This document shows, in pieces, positions 9,261 to 18,233 of a DNA stretch of 64,000 nucleotides. The notes below the pieces were generated by a model. That model did not search any database, was not told where the DNA came from, and saw only the letters and a list, made by a program, of their open reading frames with translations. Source of the stretch: a virus; the IMG/VR virus record IMGVR_UViG_3300045971_000895, positions 128,001 through 192,000 of that record. One strand, 5' to 3'. Positions within the stretch are counted from its first letter, which is position 1; every line of letters starts with the position of its first letter. The position numbers were made by a program, and so were the translations under genes.

Positions 9261-10979
9261 ATGATCAAGCGGTCCCACTTCCTCGGCAAGTCCGAGCAGG
9301 GCGTCTTCGCTCAAGGGCTCTTCAGTGGGGCCATGGAGAAGACTGCCGGCGTGCCGGGGCCAGCGTGGGACACCGCCGAGCCGATCAAGAAGCTCATCAA
9401 GACGCTGAAGCCAGAGGACCGGAAGAAGAACTGCTACGTCCTCGTGACCGCTCTTGGCGCCGGGGAGTACTACGGCGCCAACGTGAACTCCGACTTCTTC
9501 CCCTGGGAAGCCCTGATGCACAAGGGGAAGGAGTACGGGTACGAGACCTTCCTCGACTCCCACGCGTTCGCACATCATGCGAACAAGGACCCCGAGCGAG
9601 CGTTCGGGGTCCCTGTCGTCTCGGCCCTGAACGACCGCATGAAGAAGGTCGAGCTCGTCATCAAGCTCGACCGCGAGAAGGCCAAGATGGAGGGGGCCGG
9701 GCACATCGTCGACCGCATCGACGCCGGTGACTTCCCCGACGTCTCGATGGGCTGCAAGGTGCCCTTCGACGTTTGCTCCATCTGCGGCAATCGCTCGAAG
9801 ACCCGCAACGACTACTGCGAACACATGCGCCCAGGCCCGGAGAAGAAGGGCATCTGGGGGCCCAATAGGATTCTCGAGGACGGTCGCCAGATCTGCGTCT
9901 ACAACACCCTCCCCCGCTTCTTCGACATCTCGTTCGTGTTCATCGGCGCAGACAAGATCGCCAAGGCGATGGCGAAGCTGGCATCTCGGGGGAGCCATGT
10001 CTGTATTGGTCAAGTGTGCGCAGTACCTTCTCGAGCAGGAGAGGCTGGCTCCGAACCGGAGCTGTACTCAGCAACTGGCGATCGTCTCGAGCTTGGCAGG
10101 CTTCGCAAGCAAGCTGATGGTGGAGCAGCTGTGCGCCGAGGGCCATGCGGCCGGTGCTGCGCTTCTTGCGAGTCCCAGCAGTCCTGCGAACAAGACAAGC
10201 TCGCCTCCGCCTTCGGAGTGAAGGAAGCCGAGAAGAAGATCTCTTCCATCGTGAAGAAGATCCCCTCGGACAACTTCACGGCTCGGAAGCTGCCGGAGAT
10301 CGAAGCCAAGGAGAAGGACTTCCCCAAGGAGGTTCTGGACGCCTTGGCCGAGTACCCTCTCGCCACCAGCACCGGCGCCACCACTTCAGCAGGCATCATC
10401 CTCAAGCCGCATGAGTTCCAGCGCATCGTCTTGGTGCGGATGGGAGAGATGCCGCTGGCGGATGAGCTGGACGCCAAGAAGCAGGTCTTCCAGCCTTCCG
10501 AAGAGTTCGATGACAGCGTTGACCCTGCGCTGCCTGGGCTTCGAGAGGCCCTCTCGATCGTGATGCCCTACCTCTTGGAGCGGAGCGCATTCGCGCCGGC
10601 CCTCTCTCCGAGGCTGATGAAGTTGGCGAACTCCTCGGAGGAACGAAAGAAGTTCTTCCCACACAGGACGGCTATCGGCCATCCTATGCTGGACAAGGTC
10701 AGCGCGGCGTACAATGGCTACCGCCGCAACATCTTGACGAAGCTGTCGCAGGCAAGAGAGGCAGTACAGAGTGACTCGCAGTTGAGGTCGAACTTCTTCG
10801 GAGATGAACTGGTCACGATGTTCAGCAAGACTTCCAGCCCCAATCCGATCATCGACCACAACACGGTCGCATACGTCATGAGCGCTCATCTCTCGAACCG
10901 CAGCCTGCTGATCGCCACCCGAGGCAATGGTGCCTCCGCGGTGGCCATTCCGTGGCTCCCTGAGGAGCTGTCGGCCTAG
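9261..10979 (+). CDS. putative prohead protease (HK97/S78-like N-terminal domain) with long C-terminal extension
   Basis: 'DVSMGCKV' and 'RFFDISFVFIGADKIAKAMAK' resemble the S78 'SiGF ... EvSlV..PA...A.i' motifs. It sits before the scaffold and capsid genes. The ~330-aa extension contains a Cys cluster 'GPCGRCCASCESQQSCEQ'. Confidence 0.38.
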   Translation: MIKRSHFLGKSEQGVFAQGLFSGAMEKTAGVPGPAWDTAEPIKKLIKTLKPEDRKKNCYVLVTALGAGEYYGANVNSDFFPWEALMHKGKEYGYETFLDSHAFAHHANKDPERAFGVPVVSALNDRMKKVELVIKLDREKAKMEGAGHIVDRIDAGDFPDVSMGCKVPFDVCSICGNRSKTRNDYCEHMRPGPEKKGIWGPNRILEDGRQICVYNTLPRFFDISFVFIGADKIAKAMAKLASRGSHVCIGQVCAVPSRAGEAGSEPELYSATGDRLELGRLRKQADGGAAVRRGPCGRCCASCESQQSCEQDKLASAFGVKEAEKKISSIVKKIPSDNFTARKLPEIEAKEKDFPKEVLDALAEYPLATSTGATTSAGIILKPHEFQRIVLVRMGEMPLADELDAKKQVFQPSEEFDDSVDPALPGLREALSIVMPYLLERSAFAPALSPRLMKLANSSEERKKFFPHRTAIGHPMLDKVSAAYNGYRRNILTKLSQAREAVQSDSQLRSNFFGDELVTMFSKTSSPNPIIDHNTVAYVMSAHLSNRSLLIATRGNGASAVAIPWLPEELSA

Positions 10980-11050
10980 AGGGTGCGGAAGCCCCTCGTA
11001 GACGGCCCACACTGATCGCCGAAGTTCAACGAATCGAAGGAGAAGAACAC

Positions 11051-11839
11051 ATGGACAAGACGCTCGCAGAGATCTACGGGACCAATCAGGAGGACGACCA
11101 GGAGAAGCTGGCCGCCGCGGCTGCCGCCGAGGAGCTGACCGAGGACGGCGCCATCGACCTCGAGGGCCTGACCGAGGAGGACCTGGAGGCCGTCGCCGCC
11201 GAGGTGCTCGAGGCCAGCGCCGAGGGCGAGGAGGAGACCGAGGAGGTCGAGGAGCCCGCCGAGGAGGAGAAGACCGCCTCCGACGAGGAGCTCGAGGAGA
11301 AGGTCGCCGAGGCCGACCAGATGGGCCGCATCATGGCCCACGCCTACGTGCAGGAGCTGCGGCAGATCGAGAAGACCGCCGGCGCCCGCATCGACGCGGC
11401 CAAGGCGGCCGTCAAGGGCGTCGGCTCCAAGGTCATGGCGCACGTCCGCTCGGCCGGCTCCAAGGCCGGCGCGGCGGGCAAGCGCGGCGGCGAGCTGCTG
11501 GCCGGCGGCAAGGGTGCCAAGGGCGCCAAGGAGAAGTTCCTCGGCGCGGTCGGCGAGCGCAAGAAGGTCTGGGGCGCCCGCGCGGGCGCCGTGGCCGCCA
11601 CCGGCGCCGCCGGGGCCGGGGCGAAGAAGGCCTTCGGCAAGAAGGAGAAGAAGGCCTCCGCCTTCGAGACCCTGGCCGAGCAGCGCGCCAACGAGATCCT
11701 CGAGGCCTCCGGCATCGAGGAGCAGGAGACCGAGGTCACCAAGTACGACGTCCTCGCCGACGCCGTCGAGCAGCGCGCGGCCGAGATCCTGGCCGAGAAC
11801 GGCTACGAGCTGGCCGACAGCGACGAGAGCGCCGAGTAG
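11051..11839 (+). CDS. acidic scaffolding-like protein
   Basis: Extremely Glu/Ala-rich with low complexity. Its position before the capsid gene fits a scaffold. The C-terminal helix motif 'LAEQRANEILEASGIE' occurs twice. A terminator hairpin follows at 11848..11880. Confidence 0.5.
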   Translation: MDKTLAEIYGTNQEDDQEKLAAAAAAEELTEDGAIDLEGLTEEDLEAVAAEVLEASAEGEEETEEVEEPAEEEKTASDEELEEKVAEADQMGRIMAHAYVQELRQIEKTAGARIDAAKAAVKGVGSKVMAHVRSAGSKAGAAGKRGGELLAGGKGAKGAKEKFLGAVGERKKVWGARAGAVAATGAAGAGAKKAFGKKEKKASAFETLAEQRANEILEASGIEEQETEVTKYDVLADAVEQRAAEILAENGYELADSDESAE

Positions 11840-11899
11840 CTCACCCGGGGAGGGAGGGGCTTCACGGCCCCTCCCCTCTCCACCCCTTCAGAGAACGCC

Positions 11900-12451
11900 A
11901 TGACCTACGACGAACTCAACGACCTGGCCGAGGAGATCCTCCTCGAGAAGACTGCCGCCCGCGGGAAGCACGCGCGGCGCAAGGCAGCCCAGACGGCGCG
12001 TGCCGCCGGCACCATGGCTCCTCACGACTCCGGCTCGAAGCCGGCCAGCAGCCCCGCTCCGGCGGGCGGCTCCTCTGCCTCTTCGATCGGAGACGCCGCG
12101 GGCGAGGCATCGAAGCGGAACAAGGCTCGTCTCGAAGAGCTGGCGTCGCACGCCACGCAGGAGTCCCCCTCTCGCCGCGCCCGGGCCACTGCTCGGCTCG
12201 AGCGGATTCAGAAGGGCCGGTCGGTCAAGGACCGCATCGGTCACGCCGCGCGGCGCGCAGTGAAGGCCGCTCCGGGCATGGTCAAGAAGCACTGGGGGAA
12301 GGGCCTCGCCGCCGCCGCCGGCACCGTCGCCGTCCACCAGGCCGTCAAGCACTTCGGAGGGGAGAAGCGGGCGAGCGCGCTGGACACGCTCGCCATGGCT
12401 CGGGCCTACGAGATCCTCGCGGAGAGCGGCATCGAAGCAGAGCTGGAGTAG
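11900..12451 (+). CDS. scaffolding-like paralog (183 aa)
   Basis: Shares 'DTLAMARAYEILAESGIEAELE' and N-terminal 'LAEEILLE' with the upstream gene. Confidence 0.45.
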   Translation: MTYDELNDLAEEILLEKTAARGKHARRKAAQTARAAGTMAPHDSGSKPASSPAPAGGSSASSIGDAAGEASKRNKARLEELASHATQESPSRRARATARLERIQKGRSVKDRIGHAARRAVKAAPGMVKKHWGKGLAAAAGTVAVHQAVKHFGGEKRASALDTLAMARAYEILAESGIEAELE

Positions 12452-12459
12452 GGGAGCAC

Positions 12460-12705
12460 GTGCATACAGCAGACTCCAACCACAAGACCAAGAACGCAGA
12501 CAGCTTGGCATTGTGGGGGGGATTCGCTGATGAGCTTTCGAAGATCGCCATGACGACGCCGTCCAACATCACCGCCATGGCCCGCCCCAAGCCAATGAAG
12601 ATGGGGCAGACGTCGATGCCACGAGAGTCACCGGCGATGTCGCCAATGAAGGATTCGCTGTCGAGCACGAAGATCACAACCCCGCCGCCCGTCACGGCGG
12701 GCTGA
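12460..12705 (+). CDS. small protein with 'FADELSKIA' motif (81 aa)
   Basis: Carries the motif 'GGFADELSKIAMTT' that recurs in other proteins in this window. Confidence 0.4.
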   Translation: MHTADSNHKTKNADSLALWGGFADELSKIAMTTPSNITAMARPKPMKMGQTSMPRESPAMSPMKDSLSSTKITTPPPVTAG

Positions 12706-12716
12706 AGGAGAAGAAG

Positions 12717-13715
12717 ATGCACACCAAGCTGGCAGGCCGCCTCCCGCTCCAGGACATGATCGCGCAGCACATCGAGTCCGCTCGGGTGAAGCTCGCCGCG
12801 GCCGAGGGCAAGGAGTCGAAGAAGGACGAGAAGGACGAGAAGAAGGTCGAGAAGCTCGTGAAGTACGAGAAGCGCGAGCACGGCGGGAAGATCCCGACCG
12901 AGAAGGAAGAGGAGGCCGAGAAGAAGGCTTCCTTCGACGCCTTCGACCCCGACTCCGTCGAGAAGCTGGCCTCTGCTCTGGACCTCGTGGCCGAGAAGCT
13001 GGCCGGCGACTCCATCGAGCTCGGCGGCGAGAAGCCCCAGGGCGGCGAGGTCCTCCCGACCAAGGGCGTGACCGCCGGCAAGCAGACCTACACCGGGGCC
13101 AAGGCCAAGACCCAGATCCCGCAGAGCTCCAAGGAGAAGGCCACCAAGGACAACCCGGGTGCCGCCACCGCCATGGAGACGGACGAGACCCGCAAGGTCG
13201 GCCCCTCCGCGGCCTACCCGGCCAAGGGCGTCCTCAAGACCGCGGGCCAGGGTGTGCTCGAGCGCATCGCCGCCATGCGCGCCCAGGCCAACGGCGAAGC
13301 CATCGTGGTCCCGGAGAAGACCGCCGGCGCCATCGACTACGTCCTCGAGAAGATCAAGGCCGCCGAGTTCCACGGTGGCGGCGAGACCCTCGACGACAAG
13401 TCGGCCCCCATCCCCAGCAACGCGGGCCGGCAGATGATCGCCAGCAACAAGGCTCCCGTCGGCGCCACCAAGCGCGAGGCCAAGGCTCCCCGCAAGGCGG
13501 AGCTGGCCCAGGTGCTCAAGGAGCCGGCCCTCACATCTTCGACCGACAACACGGTCAACCAGAACCTGCGGAACGCCTCCAAGGGTGGCGTGAAGATCGC
13601 AGCGGCGAAGGCCTACCTCCGCAAGATCGCGGAGGAGGGCTGCAAGTGCGACGGGGACGGTACCTGCCGTCACTGCAAGCTCAAGACGGCCGTCGAGGCC
13701 AAGAAGGCCTCGTAA
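12717..13715 (+). CDS. hypothetical Lys/Glu-rich head-associated protein (332 aa)
   Basis: Long ORF in the head module. C-terminal 'CKCDGDGTCRHC' Cys cluster. Confidence 0.5.
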   Translation: MHTKLAGRLPLQDMIAQHIESARVKLAAAEGKESKKDEKDEKKVEKLVKYEKREHGGKIPTEKEEEAEKKASFDAFDPDSVEKLASALDLVAEKLAGDSIELGGEKPQGGEVLPTKGVTAGKQTYTGAKAKTQIPQSSKEKATKDNPGAATAMETDETRKVGPSAAYPAKGVLKTAGQGVLERIAAMRAQANGEAIVVPEKTAGAIDYVLEKIKAAEFHGGGETLDDKSAPIPSNAGRQMIASNKAPVGATKREAKAPRKAELAQVLKEPALTSSTDNTVNQNLRNASKGGVKIAAAKAYLRKIAEEGCKCDGDGTCRHCKLKTAVEAKKAS

Positions 13716-13746
13716 CAACACCACCGAGAAAGGCAAGGAGAACGTC

Positions 13747-14121
13747 ATGCGGAAGATCAGCAACGTCGAGGTCAGCCAGATGATGAAGCTGGCGGCCGAG
13801 AACCTCCGGACTCTCTCGGAGGAGAACCAGGGGCTCCGCGAGAAGGTCGCGGAGTTCGAGAAGAAGGCGCAGGCCGAGACCATCGCTCACCTGATGGAGG
13901 AGAAGGGCCTCGAGCCCGAGGCCTCCTTCCAGGAGAAGGTGGCTGGTCTGCTCCAGCGTGACGACCTCGAGGTCGTCAGGCAGGCCGTCGGTCTGTCGGC
14001 CCCCCAGATGAAGCTCGCCTCGGTCCATGATGAAGGGACCATCGAGGTCGAGGGCATGGGGACTGACGAGGACGGCGGTTCCGCGGCGGCAGGCTTCGCC
14101 GCGGCCCTGGCCTCCGCCTAG
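13747..14121 (+). CDS. coiled-coil protein (124 aa)
   Basis: ORF with a GGAG RBS. Heptad-like composition. Confidence 0.45.
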   Translation: MRKISNVEVSQMMKLAAENLRTLSEENQGLREKVAEFEKKAQAETIAHLMEEKGLEPEASFQEKVAGLLQRDDLEVVRQAVGLSAPQMKLASVHDEGTIEVEGMGTDEDGGSAAAGFAAALASA

Positions 14122-14176
14122 CTGTACCATTCGCTGCATCCAACGCTACCCCTTGAAGGAATAGGAGACGACAACC

Positions 14177-14662
14177 ATGGCCGGACCGAACTTCGAGCTC
14201 ATCACCGAGCTCCAGACCCTGACCCGCCGCGACTTCACCATCGCGGACAGCACCATCCTCGCCCCCACGGGCACACTCCCTCTCGTCGACGGCGAGTGGC
14301 TCGAGATCAACTCGAGCTACCAGCTGGCGCGCGGCGCGACGGGCGTCCAGTCGTACAGCCCCCTCACCTTCCCGGTGCACACCGAGCGCGGTCGGTACGA
14401 CACGCAGGCCATCGGCAAGGTCAACGTCCTGATGCTCGGCATGTACGAGGCCGAGACCCAGGTCATGGTCGCCTCGGGCATCACCCTGGGCGAGGGGCTG
14501 ATCGTGAACAGCCTCGCCTCCGGTGCCCACCTGGGCCGGCGCGGTCTCGTCGAGCAGGGCTCGGCGACGGCCACCACCCTGGTCGTGGGCTACGCGACCA
14601 AGCTGCCCGCCGCCAACGGTGGGAAGCTCCGCTTCGTCCACTTCGGGAACGCGCTGGTGTAG
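14177..14662 (+). CDS. hypothetical head protein (161 aa), possibly decoration/auxiliary capsid protein
   Basis: Lies immediately upstream of the capsid gene. AGGAGA RBS. Confidence 0.4.
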   Translation: MAGPNFELITELQTLTRRDFTIADSTILAPTGTLPLVDGEWLEINSSYQLARGATGVQSYSPLTFPVHTERGRYDTQAIGKVNVLMLGMYEAETQVMVASGITLGEGLIVNSLASGAHLGRRGLVEQGSATATTLVVGYATKLPAANGGKLRFVHFGNALV

Positions 14663-14698
14663 TTCGGCGCTCACACAGAAAGCACAGGAGACACAACC

Positions 14699-15820
14699 AT
14701 GAGCGCCACTGCCGTTCCAGCCAAGGTCCTCAACGACCTCTTCTTCGAGAAGATCGGGTCCACCGAGGGCAAGGACAAGATCGCCGAGTTCGGAGGCACC
14801 TACATCCGGGACCGCCTCCGTGAGGTCTCGTTCGCCCGCAAGATCATCCCGCCCACTCCCGTCCAGCGGAGCGAGCTCCAGCGCTCGGTGAACCACGACA
14901 CGCTCGTCAAGATCGTGGACATCGAGCCGAACTCGAAGGCCACCAGCCTGACCTTCCGCGGTCAGCCGACGGCTCGGTTCATCCGCGCCCCGCGCTTCGA
15001 GATCCCCTTCTTCACCATCTCCTCGGAGAAGTTCGAGAAGACGGAGCAGGAGCTCCTGGCGTACGAGATGCCCATCACCAAGATCATCGAGGAGAACTCG
15101 GTGAAGGACATCCAGGCGATCGAAGACCGCCAGTTCCTGATCTTCGTCGAGGCCTGCATCCAGGCGATGCAGCTCTCCGCCAACGGTGGCACCGCGACCT
15201 CCAACAAGGTCAACGGCGGCACCGCCGTGGTGTCGTCGGTCATCAAGGGCGCCGGCGCCGTCACCGGCAACGCGAACACCTTCACGGTGTACTCGCTCCA
15301 GAAGAACGACTTCGTCAAGCTGAAGCAGCTCCTGCACCGGCGCTTCCTCCGGTCGGAGCGGCTCCTGATGACGGAGCCGGACTACGACACCCTCTCGACC
15401 TGGACCATGACCGAGGTCTGGAACATCGCTGCCGAGACGGCGACCGAGGGCTGGAAGAGCAACACCGTGGTGGGCCTGAAGATCATCCGGACCATCAAGA
15501 CCAACATCCTGCGCGAGGGCAACGTGTACTGCTTCACGGCGCCCGAGTTCTTCGGCCGGTTCTACATCCTGAACCAGACGAAGTTCTACATCGACAAGAT
15601 CGCCAACCTCATCACCTGGCAGAGCTGGGAAGACATCGGGATGGGCTTCGGCAACGTCGCCGCGGTCACCAAGCTCGAGCTCTTCGGTGGTGGCGTGGTC
15701 CCCGGCGCCTCGCCGGACTCCGGCTACGCGGCCGTCCTGCCGATGGACGAGTCCGACCTGAACCCGGTCAACAACCTGGCCGACGCCGGGACGACCTACC
15801 CGCAGGTCGACCAGTTCTAA
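14699..15820 (+). CDS. major capsid protein
   Basis: 373 aa. Its size and position are right for a capsid protein. Followed by the strongest terminator in the window. No internal Cys-rich or low-complexity region. The assignment rests on context plus general HK97-like length and composition. Confidence 0.6.
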   Translation: MSATAVPAKVLNDLFFEKIGSTEGKDKIAEFGGTYIRDRLREVSFARKIIPPTPVQRSELQRSVNHDTLVKIVDIEPNSKATSLTFRGQPTARFIRAPRFEIPFFTISSEKFEKTEQELLAYEMPITKIIEENSVKDIQAIEDRQFLIFVEACIQAMQLSANGGTATSNKVNGGTAVVSSVIKGAGAVTGNANTFTVYSLQKNDFVKLKQLLHRRFLRSERLLMTEPDYDTLSTWTMTEVWNIAAETATEGWKSNTVVGLKIIRTIKTNILREGNVYCFTAPEFFGRFYILNQTKFYIDKIANLITWQSWEDIGMGFGNVAAVTKLELFGGGVVPGASPDSGYAAVLPMDESDLNPVNNLADAGTTYPQVDQF

Positions 15821-15852
15821 AGCTGGTCGCCTTCGGAGCAGTCATGTAGCTT

Positions 15853-15890
15853 GAGGGGCGGGCGGGAGACCGCCCGCCCCTCTTCTCTTT
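15853..15890 (+). terminator. rho-independent terminator after capsid gene
   Basis: gaggggcgggcgg-gaga-ccgcccgcccctc followed by ttctcttt. Confidence 0.75.
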
Positions 15891-15907
15891 CAGCAGCAGG
15901 AGGTTTC

Positions 15908-16345
15908 ATGGACTACATCATCCGTCCCGCCTACGTCGGTGGTCCCCCGAGCGACAAGCAGCGCACCCACCCGAAGTTCACGGAGGAGCCGGTCATCGGC
16001 GCCTTCCACGTGCGGCGCGGCTCCTTCATCCGCCTGGACGAGGGCCAGTACGCGGCCGCCAAGCACCAGATCGACACCCTGCTCGAGGCCGACGCCATCA
16101 TCGTGACCCGCGAGGGCGAGCCGGCCCCGGTCCAGCAGGCCTCCATGGAGGGCACCAAGCTCCCCGAGGACCTCTCCATCCCCGTCACCCCCATCGCCGG
16201 CCAGGCCTGGCCTGACCCCGTCCAGGTGGCCGAGCAGGCTGCTGCCGACGAGGCCGCCAAGGCCGCCGAGGCCACCACCGACGCTCCGAGCGACGTCACC
16301 ACCACCGAGGTCCCGGTGGCCCGCGCCCCCAAGAAGAAGAAGTAG
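15908..16345 (+). CDS. hypothetical protein (145 aa)
   Basis: Start 'MDYIIRPAYVGG' with AGGAGG RBS. The ORF-track start at 15851 lies inside the terminator. Confidence 0.5.
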   Translation: MDYIIRPAYVGGPPSDKQRTHPKFTEEPVIGAFHVRRGSFIRLDEGQYAAAKHQIDTLLEADAIIVTREGEPAPVQQASMEGTKLPEDLSIPVTPIAGQAWPDPVQVAEQAAADEAAKAAEATTDAPSDVTTTEVPVARAPKKKK

Positions 16346-16348
16346 ACC

Positions 16349-16711
16349 ATGCGGGTCTTCAACCTCACGGCGGAGCCTCTCGCCTTCCGCACCAAGGTGA
16401 TCCCGCCCAGCGGCGGGAGCCTCGACTTCCAGGAGCTCGACTTCTTCATCCCGAACAGGGAGCAGGAGCTCGCGCGAGCCGGCACCATCTCCTTCGGGTC
16501 TCTGCCTCGTGGCTGGGTCCCGAAGGTCATCATCCCTCCCCCACCGCCGGCCAAGACGGCCCCCGTCAAGGTGGTGGAGAAGCAGGTCGTCCAAGAGAAG
16601 GTCGAGAAGGTCTACGTCGACCCCAAGGTGGCCGAGGTTGCCCTGCTGCCCGAAGAGAAGAAGCCGGAGCCGGTCTTCCAGTCCACCGCGGAGAAGTTCA
16701 AGAAGAGGTAG
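16349..16711 (+). CDS. hypothetical Pro-rich protein (120 aa)
   Basis: ORF. Confidence 0.4.
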   Translation: MRVFNLTAEPLAFRTKVIPPSGGSLDFQELDFFIPNREQELARAGTISFGSLPRGWVPKVIIPPPPPAKTAPVKVVEKQVVQEKVEKVYVDPKVAEVALLPEEKKPEPVFQSTAEKFKKR

Positions 16712-16714
16712 GCC

Positions 16715-17251
16715 GTGTCGGACCCCATCAGCAACAAGATCGACCCTGTCCTGCCTGCCCGGAACGCGAGCGAGTTCGCGGACCTTCCGGCATCGCAGAC
16801 GCAGCTCGACAGCTTCATCCAGCTGGTGCGGGCCTACATGCGGGACTACCCGGAGCTCAACCGGCTCATCGCCGGCGAGGAGAGCTCCAACCGGCAGATC
16901 GCCTGGGCCATCATCGACGCGGTGGACGACTTCAACACCACCCCGCCCTTCACCCGCTTCGGCCTGAACGACTACCCCTCTCGCTCCCTCCTGCTGCGCG
17001 CCACAGTCATCACCCTGCTGGAGTCGGTGGGTCTTCTCCAGACCCGCAACCACCTCCAGTTCTCTGACGGTGGCATCACCGTCGGCGTGAACGACAAGAC
17101 GCCCTTCCTCCAAGCCTGGATCCAGCTCTTCCGGAACAGCTACGAGGACAAGAAGATGAAGATCAAGGTCGCCTACAACATCGAGTCGGCCTGGGGCGGC
17201 GGCATCCATTCCGAGTACCGCTTCATCAACAACTTCTACGGGGACTGGTGA
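16715..17251 (+). CDS. hypothetical protein (178 aa), possible head completion/connector
   Basis: GTG start. Position downstream of the capsid gene. Confidence 0.4.
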   Translation: MSDPISNKIDPVLPARNASEFADLPASQTQLDSFIQLVRAYMRDYPELNRLIAGEESSNRQIAWAIIDAVDDFNTTPPFTRFGLNDYPSRSLLLRATVITLLESVGLLQTRNHLQFSDGGITVGVNDKTPFLQAWIQLFRNSYEDKKMKIKVAYNIESAWGGGIHSEYRFINNFYGDW

Positions 17252-17619
17252 TGCAGGTCCTCCGTGGCGGCCTGGCGGACAAGAAGAAGGCCAAGGACTT
17301 CTCCCCCAAGGCGCTGGCACAGGGCCGCAAGGTGGAGAGCGAGCACACCAGCAACCCTCGCATCGCCACCGAGATCGCCGAGGACCACCTCACGGAGGAC
17401 CCGATGTACTACGACAAGCTGAAGCTCATCGAGAAGAAGGCGTTCGCCGACGAGCTCATGAAGATCGCCAAGAAGCTGCCCTTCGGCGCGGGCGTGTACA
17501 AGGACCTCGCCCAGCACTTCGCAGTCAAGCCGAAGCTGAAGCTGCCGGGCTCTGCGATCACAGGCACGCCTGCCGCTGCTGTCCGCAACCCTGGAGTCAT
17601 TGCCCGCATCGGCGGGTAG
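17248..17619 (+). CDS. hypothetical protein (123 aa) with 'FADELMKIA' motif
   Basis: Start overlaps the previous stop (ATGA). Carries the recurring motif 'KKAFADELMKIAKK'. Confidence 0.45.
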   Translation: MMQVLRGGLADKKKAKDFSPKALAQGRKVESEHTSNPRIATEIAEDHLTEDPMYYDKLKLIEKKAFADELMKIAKKLPFGAGVYKDLAQHFAVKPKLKLPGSAITGTPAAAVRNPGVIARIGG

Positions 17620-17628
17620 GAGCACCAC

Positions 17629-17763
17629 ATGACCGTCAAGACCTTCGCCAACGTCGCAGACCTCCAGGCCTACATCACGGCCAACGTCATCACGCTCGCC
17701 AAGACCGTCGCCATCTACTTCGACGCGGCCAGCGGACACCACGTCCTCGTCCACACGCCGTAG
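17629..17763 (+). CDS. small protein (44 aa)
   Basis: 'MTVKTFANVADLQAYITANVITLAKTVAIYFDAASGHHVLVHTP' with AGGAG RBS. Too short for the ORF track. Confidence 0.3.
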   Translation: MTVKTFANVADLQAYITANVITLAKTVAIYFDAASGHHVLVHTP

Positions 17764-17799
17764 TTCCCACACCCTCCTCTACCCGGTAGGCTGGGAGCC

Positions 17800-18225
17800 A
17801 TGAACGTCGTGACCGTGCGCGCCTTCAGAGACGAGCTCACCAAGATCGCCGCAGCTGGCGGTCTCGCTGGTCTCAGCGCCAAGGCTCTCGGCGTCCTCAA
17901 GTCGAACCCCATGGCGGTGAGCGCCGCTCTCGGTGCTGCGACGTTTGTGGCGGCCCAGTACGCCGCCAACAGAGCCCCCAAGGACGGCGGCAAGTCGGGG
18001 CAGCAGAGGCTCTTCTCGAGGATCCAGGCCTCCTCTGAGCACGACGAGAAGCAGCGCAAGAAGGAAGGGAAGAAGCCTACCTTCGTGAGCGAGTCTCGTC
18101 GCATCCTCGCCAAGCCAATGAGTCAGCTTGCGACTCTCTCCACCAAGCATCCCCTTCCTGCGGCCCTTCCTGCGGCCGCCGTCGGCGCCAAGGTCGGCGT
18201 CGAGTTCGCCAAGCTGCTGTTCTAG
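17800..18225 (+). CDS. hypothetical protein (141 aa) with N-terminal 'FRDELTKIA' motif
   Basis: 'MNVVTVRAFRDELTKIAAAGG'. Confidence 0.45.
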   Translation: MNVVTVRAFRDELTKIAAAGGLAGLSAKALGVLKSNPMAVSAALGAATFVAAQYAANRAPKDGGKSGQQRLFSRIQASSEHDEKQRKKEGKKPTFVSESRRILAKPMSQLATLSTKHPLPAALPAAAVGAKVGVEFAKLLF

Positions 18226-18233
18226 GAGAAGAC

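Noticed and set aside
8439-10013. Very long antisense ORFs (for example 8439..10013-, 1202..2272-, 13976..15337-, 15890..17320-, 18815..20725-, 29397..31685-, 32396..35752-, 47572..48927-, 48958..50445-)
   Set aside because: In 65% GC DNA, stop codons are rare on the strand opposite GC3-rich genes. These ORFs are Arg/Pro/Gly-rich with no motifs, and they overlap genes with clear homology on the other strand (capsid, sheath, fibre).
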